The position numbers and the translations under genes were made by a program. Shown piece by piece: positions 8,410 through 15,050 of a DNA stretch of 15,050 nt. The notes below the pieces were generated by a model, which was not told the DNA's origin, did not search any database, and saw only the letters and a list, made by a program, of their open reading frames with translations. The stretch's first letter is position 1. Each line of letters begins with the position of its first letter. This DNA comes from a virus. Taxonomy: Duplodnaviria; Heunggongvirae; Uroviricota; Caudoviricetes. Location of the stretch: the IMG/VR virus record IMGVR_UViG_2713896729_000010, positions 1 to 15,050 of that record; one strand, 5' to 3'.

Positions 8410-8855
8410 CAGCACAGATAGCGGCTTACGGGCGGCTGGTGGCTGACCCGCAGTTAAAGACCACCAGCAAAGGGACACAAATGGCGATGGCGAGTATGGC
8501 GGTTCCCCTGCCGTGCAGCCAGGCAGATGACGGAACGGCGACGATGTGGTTATCCGTCCTGGCGTTTGGCAGACAGGCCGACGCACTGGCAAAACACCAC
8601 AAAGGCGAACTGGTGAGCGTGGCGGGTAACATGCAGGTAAGCCAGTGGACAGGCCAGAACGGCGAAACGCGGCGGGGCTGGCAGGTTATCGCAGACAGCG
8701 TAATCAGTGCGCGAACGGCGCGACCGGGCGGCAAAAAAGGCCAACAGGGGCAGGCTACTGACGAACTGAACAGAGCAAAACAACAGGCAGATCAGCAAGG
8801 AAGCCAGCCACCAGTGGGAGATAATGAGCAATGGGGAGATGATATCCCGTTTTAA
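8406..8855 (+). CDS. ssb: Single-stranded DNA-binding protein homologue with SSB-like acidic C-terminal tip
   Basis: 149 aa. OB-fold-like N-terminus (GRLVADPQLKTTSKGTQMAMASMAV...WLSVLAFGRQADALAKHHKGELVSVAGNMQVSQW), Gly/Gln-rich linker, and C-terminus ...WGDDIPF resembling the DDDIPF tip of bacterial SSB. Confidence 0.8.
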   Translation: MTAQIAAYGRLVADPQLKTTSKGTQMAMASMAVPLPCSQADDGTATMWLSVLAFGRQADALAKHHKGELVSVAGNMQVSQWTGQNGETRRGWQVIADSVISARTARPGGKKGQQGQATDELNRAKQQADQQGSQPPVGDNEQWGDDIPF

Positions 8856-8873
8856 ATATTGCCAATAAAAAAG

Positions 8874-8897
8874 GCCGGAAAAAATAAATTTTCCGGC
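8874..8897 (+). other. Perfect hairpin between the replication and capsid modules
   Basis: GCCGGAAAA-aataaa-TTTTCCGGC, 9-bp stem. No T-run after it, so not a canonical terminator on the plus strand. Confidence 0.5.
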
Positions 8898-9071
8898 ATG
8901 CTACATAAATCCCGACCAAAGGGAGTGAAGATATTAACACTAATTGTCCGCACTGAAGTTGTCACCCCAAAACTTTATACAACATTGCACTCGGTTGCAT
9001 GTGTTCGCATGACAAATATCGGTGGTAGCATATATCCACAATTATTTTTAATGAATGCAAAGAGGATGCGT

Positions 9072-10112
9072 ATGGTTGATTTATATTCGCCTACTCAGCT
9101 TGTACAGGTGGTTAATGCTGTAGATGTACAAAAACAACTAAATGCGTTGTTTACCAGTTTGTTTTTTACTCGCTCGGTAATGTTTGAATCGCGCGATATT
9201 ATTCTTGATACAATCGACGATCCAAATATCCCAATTGCAGCGTTTTGTTCTCCTATGGTGGGTAGTAAAGTTTCACGTGACGAAGGGTACGAATCAAAAA
9301 CAATTCGTCCAGGCTATATGAAGCCGAAAAGCAGCATTGATCCAAATAAGTTAGCTGTGCGCCCTGCTGGTGTATCACCTGAGCAATACAATGCTTTTGG
9401 GGCACGTAATATTAAAGTTAAACAGGCGATTGTAAATCAGGCTAAAGCTATTCGTGCACGTATTGAATGGCTTGCTGTTCAGGCAATCACAACGGGGAAA
9501 AATATCATTGAGGGCGATGGTATTGAACGTTATGAGCTGGACTGGAATATAAAACCACAAAATATCATCACTCAGTCTGGCGGTACTGAGTGGTCAGGTA
9601 AGGATAAAGAAACTTTTGATCCAAATGATGATATTGAGAGCTACGCAGAATTTAGTGAGGGCGTCACTAATATCATCATTATGGGTGGTAATGTATGGAA
9701 GAAATACCGTTCATTCAGAGCGATAAAAGAGGCTTTGGATACCCGTCGTGGTTCTAATTCCGAACTGGAAACGGCCCTTAAAGACCTTGGTGATTCGGTG
9801 AGTTTTAAAGGGTATATGGGCGATGTTGCGATTGTTGTTTACAGCGGGCGTTATACCGACGAGGACGGAACAGAAAAACATTTCCTTGATCCTGATTTGA
9901 TGGTGCTTGGCAATACGGCTCTTCAGGGGATTGTCGCCTATGGCGGTATTCAGGATCCGGAGCTAATCCGAATGGGGCTGACTAAAGCCGAACTTGCACC
10001 GAAAAACTATATTGTGCCTGGTGATCCGGCTATTGAATATGTGCAGACACATTCAGCACCACAGCCAATACCGGCCCGCATCAATCGTTTTGTTACCGTT
10101 CGCATTGGCTAA
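9072..10112 (+). CDS. Major capsid protein, homologue of lambda gpE
   Basis: 346 aa from ATG 9072 (SD aagagg 8 nt upstream). Collinear similarity to lambda E as I recall it: N-terminus MVDLYSPTQL versus MSMYTTAQL; NIITQSGGTEWSGKDKETFDPNDDIESYA versus NITQSGGTEWSKRDKSTYDPTDDIEAYA; LDTRRGSNSELETALKDLG...GDVAIVVYSG nearly identical. The track ORF starts at an upstream TTG (8859), which I reject. Confidence 0.9.
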   Translation: MVDLYSPTQLVQVVNAVDVQKQLNALFTSLFFTRSVMFESRDIILDTIDDPNIPIAAFCSPMVGSKVSRDEGYESKTIRPGYMKPKSSIDPNKLAVRPAGVSPEQYNAFGARNIKVKQAIVNQAKAIRARIEWLAVQAITTGKNIIEGDGIERYELDWNIKPQNIITQSGGTEWSGKDKETFDPNDDIESYAEFSEGVTNIIIMGGNVWKKYRSFRAIKEALDTRRGSNSELETALKDLGDSVSFKGYMGDVAIVVYSGRYTDEDGTEKHFLDPDLMVLGNTALQGIVAYGGIQDPELIRMGLTKAELAPKNYIVPGDPAIEYVQTHSAPQPIPARINRFVTVRIG

Positions 10113-10121
10113 GGGGGAGCA

Positions 10122-10463
10122 ATGGCTACTCATTACACTGAACTCATGGCTGGCACTGAAGCACTGGTGACTACGCTGGGGATATTTTCAGCTAATAAAG
10201 GGGTAATTCCTGCATTTACGCCACTGATGCAGGAAGATGCAACAGGTGCACTGGTGGTATGGGATGGTTCGAGCGTAGGTAAAGCGGTTTATGTTTCCGC
10301 TGTACAAATCGACACAGCGAAAAAAACACAGGCACAGGTTTATAAGACAGGTGTTTTAAATGTTGATGCTCTGAACTGGCCTGAGTCTGTAAAAGAACTG
10401 TCGGCAAAGGTTGCCGCGTTTGTTGGCTCAGGTATTTCTGTTCAGCCGCTGGCTCGTGTGTAA
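10122..10463 (+). CDS. Head decoration protein, homologue of lambda gpD
   Basis: 113 aa, SD gggggag. Similar to lambda D as I recall it: TPLM..D....LVVWDG...YK.G......WPE......AF.G..IS. Confidence 0.85.
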   Translation: MATHYTELMAGTEALVTTLGIFSANKGVIPAFTPLMQEDATGALVVWDGSSVGKAVYVSAVQIDTAKKTQAQVYKTGVLNVDALNWPESVKELSAKVAAFVGSGISVQPLARV

Positions 10464-10474
10464 AGGGGGATACA

Positions 10475-10858
10475 ATGCAGAATCATTACAATGACCTTAA
10501 GCCAATTGCCGAAATGATGTATCCGGATCCAGCAGTAGAGGAATTAAAGGCTATTGCTGACAAAATGCGTTTAAGTGAACGCCTTGTTGATATGAATCAG
10601 GTGATGGAACTTACTACCCTTAGCCGTCGCACATTGCTAAACCTTGAGGCTAGTGGAGAGTTCCCGGAGCGTGTGCAGGTTACGGAAGGGCGTAAGGCCT
10701 GGTATTTAAGTGAAGTGATCGACTGGATAAACAATATTCCTCGATCTTCTGAATATTGCCGCGTACCTGTCCCAAAAAAGCCAGATGCGGCGCTATGCCT
10801 CAAGATTGAGCGTGTACGTCGCAATGCACGGGATGGTCGCTATAAGTTGATTGGTTGA
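10475..10858 (+). CDS. Second AlpA-family HTH protein (127 aa, with an N-terminal extension), immediately upstream of cos
   Basis: SD aaggggga. Translation ...MELTTLSRRTLLNLEASGEFPERVQVTEGRKAWYLSEVIDWIN is an AlpA-like helix-turn-helix. Confidence 0.7.
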   Translation: MQNHYNDLKPIAEMMYPDPAVEELKAIADKMRLSERLVDMNQVMELTTLSRRTLLNLEASGEFPERVQVTEGRKAWYLSEVIDWINNIPRSSEYCRVPVPKKPDAALCLKIERVRRNARDGRYKLIG

Positions 10859-10884
10859 TGAAATTAGGGCCCGTTCTGGCTGGC

Positions 10885-10948
10885 GGGTCCTTTCCGGCGA
10901 TCCGGTAGGCTACGGGGCGGCGACCTCGCGGGTTTTCGCTATTTATGA
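10885..10948 (+). other. cos site: lambda-type cosN (12-nt cohesive-end sequence GGGCGGCGACCT at 10915-10926) with lambda-like flanks
   Basis: gggtcctttccggcgatccggtaggctacg|GGGCGGCGACCT|cgcgggttttcgctatttatga agrees almost base for base with the lambda cos junction as I recall it. Sequence downstream (10949-11059), where cosB would be, is unlike lambda. Confidence 0.85.
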
Positions 10949-11059
10949 GCCTTTTTCGGGTGCTGGTGGTGGTTTTGTTGTTCGCTCTATCTCTATGAAT
11001 AAAAAGGAAAAGATAAAGCCAATACACCAACCTGAAACATTACTTAAGTGGGGATATTG

Positions 11060-11530
11060 ATGAAATCGCACCTGATGAACAAAAAAAACATGGCGCAAAG
11101 CTGCCGTGTAAGTGCGACAGCGTTCGACAAGTGGGGAGTGACTCCCGTTGAACGTAAAGGCCGCGAGGCGTTTTATGATGTTGCCAGCGTAATAGACAAT
11201 CGGGTTAGCAATGCAATTAACCAGATTACAGACGACAAAGGCGAGATTGATGATGATGAACTCCTACGAGTCAGGATCAGATTGCTGACAGCACAGGCAG
11301 AGGCGCAGGAGCTTAAAAACGAGCGCGAACGCGGCGACGTTATTGATACAGCGTTTTGTATATACGTGCTTTCAAAATTGGCGAGTCAGATTTCTTCAAT
11401 CATGGACAGCCTGCCGCTTGCCATGACAAGGAAGTTTCCCGACATGAAGCCGTCTATGCTGGATGGACTGAAAAAGAAGTTATCAGAGCCTGTAACGCAT
11501 GCGCAAAACTTGACGAAAACATACCGCTGA
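11060..11530 (+). CDS. Terminase small subunit, homologue of lambda Nu1; the C-terminal Nu1-like segment continues in the -1 frame to 11601
   Basis: N-terminal ..NKKNMAQSCRVSATAFDKWGV aligns with the Nu1 N-terminus (NKKQLADIFGASIRTIQNWQEQG). Central block LTAQAEAQELKNERERGDVIDTAFCIYVLSKLASQISSIMDSLPLAMTRKFP is nearly collinear with Nu1 (LTRAQADAQELKNARDSAEVVETAFCTFVLSRIAGEIASILDGLPLSVQRRFP). Start could also be 11075 or 11090. Confidence 0.85.
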   Translation: MKSHLMNKKNMAQSCRVSATAFDKWGVTPVERKGREAFYDVASVIDNRVSNAINQITDDKGEIDDDELLRVRIRLLTAQAEAQELKNERERGDVIDTAFCIYVLSKLASQISSIMDSLPLAMTRKFPDMKPSMLDGLKKKLSEPVTHAQNLTKTYR

Positions 11531-11612
11531 TGCTGTCCGATTATCTGATGGAAACTGCCGGAAACGTACCGGATAAGTTGCAGCCGAATAAAGATAAGTA
11601 ACGTAGTACGCT

Positions 11613-11894
11613 ATGACTGAATCCGAAATACTGCGATTAATCCGCCGTGCTTGTGGAATCAGCAAGCAGCATGACGAACAGGCCACGCAGCCGGACAGCG
11701 TGACCGCAGATAATTATGTGCGTGTAGTGGCTGAGGTGATGCGCCGTGACGGTATTGAGCTTAACGGCGTGGATATGCGCAACATACGAACAAGAGTCCT
11801 TGAGTTGCTGGCATATCGTCGCCGTTCTCAACAACGGAGGGAGAGCGCGAAAAATACTTACCAGTGGAAGAAGCCGGAACGATTGCGGCGGTAA
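11613..11894 (+). CDS. Hypothetical basic protein (93 aa) downstream of the small terminase gene
   Basis: ORF with Arg-rich C-terminus (RRRSQQRRESAKNTYQWKKPERLRR). Weak SD and no recognisable family. Confidence 0.45.
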   Translation: MTESEILRLIRRACGISKQHDEQATQPDSVTADNYVRVVAEVMRRDGIELNGVDMRNIRTRVLELLAYRRRSQQRRESAKNTYQWKKPERLRR

Positions 11895-12146
11895 CTTGCT
11901 GATATTCCCGATAACGCAAAATTGCGCTGGCTGACTTGTTGCATTGCAAAAAGTTAAGCAGGAAGGCACGGCCTGTAAGATGGGATGCAGTAAGTAGTTC
12001 AAGGCTACCTTGTGCTGGCACGCACAGTTAAGCCGTCGGTGCTGGATATCCCCCACTGGGGGAAAAGCTGGCTACATCCCTCACATCTGAGGACTGATAA
12101 CGCGACATTGCGCTGGCTGGCAAAGTGCAAAATTGCACGATGGCCT

Positions 12147-12290
12147 AACCCATTGATTATTTCGAAAACCTGCAATGCAGGAAATCGGGGAAGTAAGCCT
12201 AAGCTATTGATTGTTTCGAAAACCCCCATTGGGGGATGTCGGGAAAGTAAGACTAACCCATTGATTCTTCCACAATCCTCAATTTGAGGA
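12147..12290. repeat. Tandem ~54-bp repeat, 2.7 copies, each with a different 13-bp palindrome
   Basis: Conserved unit (C/G)C(C/T)ATTGATT.TT.C.A.AA.CC followed by cctgcaAtgcagg (12169-12181), cccccaTTggggg (12223-12235) and cctcaaTttgagg (12277-12289). Confidence 0.75.
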
Positions 12291-12608
12291 GGCCGGAACG
12301 TCTACATAGCTGCATCGCCGTAATGATGATTCAGCCCACCAGCCAAATCAGCACAGCAACGACAGAATAGCCCGACACAGAAAAACCACGAATATGGGGT
12401 TTTTGTTATGACATGGTCATGATGACCACTCATACAAAACAGGTAAAGCCCACCAGCCTGATTAAAGGTTAACCGGAAAAAAGCCAGGTATCCAATCTCG
12501 ATATGGGGATCCCTATATCGACATTAACGCCCACTAAAACTGTGCATATATGCATAGAAAAAGCATCCACCAGCTTTATGACGGATGCCGCTCATCTTAT
12601 AAATAATC

Positions 12609-12630
12609 GTGTATTGCAGTGTGTATTGCG
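12609..12630 (+). repeat. Two further direct copies of the GTGTATTGC(A/G) arm-type motif near attR
   Basis: gtgtattgca (12609-12618) and gtgtattgcg (12621-12630), about 75-95 bp from the right core, same orientation as the three copies near attL. Confidence 0.6.
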
Positions 12631-12703
12631 ACTCCTTTAAACGATAGGTCTGAGCATTCGTAATGTACTGTTTTTAAATTTTATTTTTTCCTGTCTTTTC
12701 ATA

Positions 12704-12716
12704 AAGGCGATGTATG
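12704..12716. repeat. attR core (right copy of the 13-bp direct repeat)
   Basis: AAGGCGATGTATG; phage-identical sequence continues rightward (gtatgccgccaccattgag). Confidence 0.8.
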
Positions 12717-12933
12717 CCGCCACCATTGAGAGTGAGCTGGATACGCAGTCAGCGATGGATTTTATTCTGGGCGCGAACAGTCAGGAGCAGCGGGAAAGGC
12801 TGACCGGCTGGATTGGTGAAATTGCCGCGTATTACGCCGCAGCGCCGGTCCGGCTGGGAGGCGCAAAAGTACCGCACCTGATGCCGGGGGACTCACTGAA
12901 CCTGCAGACGGCTCAGGACACGGATAACGGCTA
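12704..12933 (+). CDS. B: lambda-type portal protein B, continuation after the island (truncated at the N10 gap)
   Basis: In frame from the core: KAMYAATIESELDTQSAMDFILGANSQEQRERLTGWIGEIAAYYAAAPVRLGGAKVPHLMPGDSLNLQTAQDTDNG, matching the region of lambda B that follows ...QSAIVKA. Confidence 0.9.
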
Positions 12934-12943
12934 NNNNNNNNNN
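12934..12943. other. N10 run, assembly gap or contig join
   Basis: Ten N; flanks are portal gene versus a glutamate decarboxylase fragment. Confidence 0.9.
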
Positions 12944-13063
12944 ATCGGCCTGGAATTTATCCAGCGCATCGTGCAGCGGTTGTGGGAACTCATAGTTACC
13001 AGTGTAGGTCACGCCGAAAGTCGGCACCACGCCGATGGTGTTTTCGTCACAGGCTTCAATCAT
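12944..13063 (-). CDS. Internal 40-codon fragment of glutamate decarboxylase (GadA/GadB-like), isolated between two N10 runs
   Basis: Minus-strand translation [40 protein letters not shown] matches an internal segment of E. coli Gad as I recall it. Confidence 0.6.
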
Positions 13064-13073
13064 NNNNNNNNNN
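13064..13073. other. N10 run, assembly gap or contig join
   Basis: Ten N. Confidence 0.9.
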
Positions 13074-13673
<600 letters not shown>

Positions 13674-13683
13674 NNNNNNNNNN
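13674..13683. other. N10 run, assembly gap or contig join
   Basis: Ten N; the J frame does not continue across it. Confidence 0.9.
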
Positions 13684-15050
13684 ATAACGCGTCCGCAGTG
13701 GCACAGAACACGGCAGCCGCAAAGAAGTCAGCCAGCGATGCCGGCACATCTGCCCGTGAGGCGGCAACCCATGCAACCGATGCTGCAGGCTCAGCACGTG
13801 CCGCCAGCACGTCAGCCGGACAGGCTGCATCATCTGCTCAGTCAGCATCTTCCAGCGCAGGAACGGCATCAACAAAGGCCACTGAAGCATTAAAAAGTGC
13901 TGCCGCTGCAGAGTCCTCAAAAAGCGCGGCAGCCACCAGTGCCGGTGCGGCGAAAACGTCAGAAACGAATGCCGCAGCATCACAACTATCAGCAGCCACT
14001 TCTGCATCCACCGCGACCACGAAGGCGTCAGAAGCTGCCACCTCAGCCCGGGATGCGGCGGCCTCAAAAGAGGCAGCGAAATCATCAGAAACGAACGCAT
14101 CATCAAGTGCCAGTAGTGCAGCTTCCTCGGCAACGGCGGCAGGAAATTCCGCGAAGGCCGCAAAAACGTCTGAGACGAATGCGGATAACAGCGCACAGGC
14201 GGCAGCAGACTCACAAACTGCATCGGCAAACTCCGCGACAGCCGCCAAAAAATCAGAAACCAACGCGAAAAATAGCGAGGCAGCAGCAAAGAGCAGCGAA
14301 ACAAACGCTAAAGCCAGCGAAACTAATGCTAAATCCAGTGAAACAAACGCGGCGAAATCTGCGGCGGACGCACTTAATTATCGCAACCATGCTCAGGGTA
14401 TTGTTGGTGCTAACATCGGTTTGGGATCATCACCGCGCAATTGTCCTGATATTTCCGGTGATCCATCCGGTTATATTGGCTTTATGCGCATTTTTGCTTC
14501 CGCAACAGGTTTTCCGTCTATTGCATCAGGCGAAGGTAATCTTACTGGTTTTATTAGTCAGGTAGATGGAACACCAGCGTATACAGGTGTATTTCAGGGA
14601 TGGACTACTCGCTCGCTTTATACCTATCGCTGGAGTCCGACAATAGGCCCGCAATGGACACGCCACGCTCGCAAAAATGAAGTGGACCGTCTTGACCAAT
14701 TGAATAGCGAAACATGGTTATATAACCATGATAAATCCATGCGCCTGGGTTTAACCGCCTCATCATGGGGTTGTTACAGCGATACACAAAAAAAATGGAT
14801 ACCGCTTGATGTTTCTCATGGTGGCACTGGCGCGGCAACTATTGATGGTGCCAGAACTAATCTTGGATTAGGCAGGGATAACAGCCCTCAGCTTAATAGT
14901 CTATTTCTCGATAGGACTAGTGATTCTACTGGCGCATACACTACTGGCGGGATGCTCCATACGAGACTGTTAGCAAATGATAACACTGTGCGCCTTGCCG
15001 CTGATATGTATGTTCAGACTTTTCCAAATGAGCAAGGTCGATTAACAATA
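13684..15050 (+). CDS. stf: Side tail fiber protein (lambda Stf family), partial at both ends, with an Ala/Ser-rich SETNA repeat region
   Basis: Open frame (codons from 13686) with no stop to the window end. Repeats AKTSETNAAAS, AKSSETNASSS, AKTSETNADNS, KKSETNAKNS, KSSETNAKASETNAKSSETNAAKS, then a globular region (..NYRNHAQGIVGANIGLGSSPRNCPDISGDPSGYIGF...). Not in the track because it lacks a start and stop inside the window. Confidence 0.85.

Noticed and set aside
8859-9071. N-terminal extension of the capsid ORF from a TTG at 8859 (track gives 417 aa)
   Set aside because: The extension overlaps a strong hairpin and has no ribosome-binding site. Alignment with lambda gpE begins at the internal ATG 9072, which has a good SD.
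10851-11060. 69-aa ORF spanning the cos site
   Set aside because: It covers the cohesive-end sequence and its flanks, which are a cis-acting site nearly identical to the non-coding lambda cos. No SD, and the composition looks like chance reading through a GC-rich segment.
11468-11479. Treating the small terminase gene as a confirmed programmed frameshift
   Set aside because: The motif G AAA AAG is not a perfect X XXY YYZ heptamer, and a single-base homopolymer error is equally likely. Reported as a finding to be tested, not as an established feature.
12012-12287. 91-aa ORF from a GTG start across the tandem repeat array, and minus-strand ORFs 11637..12056 and 12005..12229
   Set aside because: They read through repeats and palindromes and have no SD; the compensatory stem changes in the repeats argue for a structural, non-coding role.
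12147-12290. Possible CRISPR array
   Set aside because: Only about 2.7 contiguous units with no unique spacers between conserved repeats; the variable part is a short palindrome inside each unit; no cas genes.

Overview
The window is dominated by a ~10.9-kb integrative, satellite-like island (about 1780..12716) sitting inside the portal gene (B) of a lambda-like prophage. The portal reading frame breaks at 1788 and resumes in frame at 12704, and both junctions carry the same 13-bp core AAGGCGAT(T/G)TATG. The island encodes a P4-type tyrosine integrase, two AlpA-family regulators, a Bro-N protein, a divergently transcribed regulator operon with a palindromic operator, an SF3 helicase/replication initiator followed by an iteron origin, an SSB-like protein, homologues of the lambda major capsid (E) and decoration (D) proteins, a lambda-type cosN site and a Nu1-like small terminase. 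It has no portal, protease/scaffold, large terminase or tail genes, so it looks like a capsid-encoding, cos-packaging parasite of lambda-like phages. Flanking material is the hokC/mokC toxin locus (1..818), the 3' end of gpW, and N10-separated fragments of a glutamate decarboxylase gene, tail-tip gene J and a side tail fiber gene. The four N10 runs mark assembly joins, so adjacency across them is unreliable. All homology calls are from reading the translations against remembered lambda and E. coli proteins; no searches were run.
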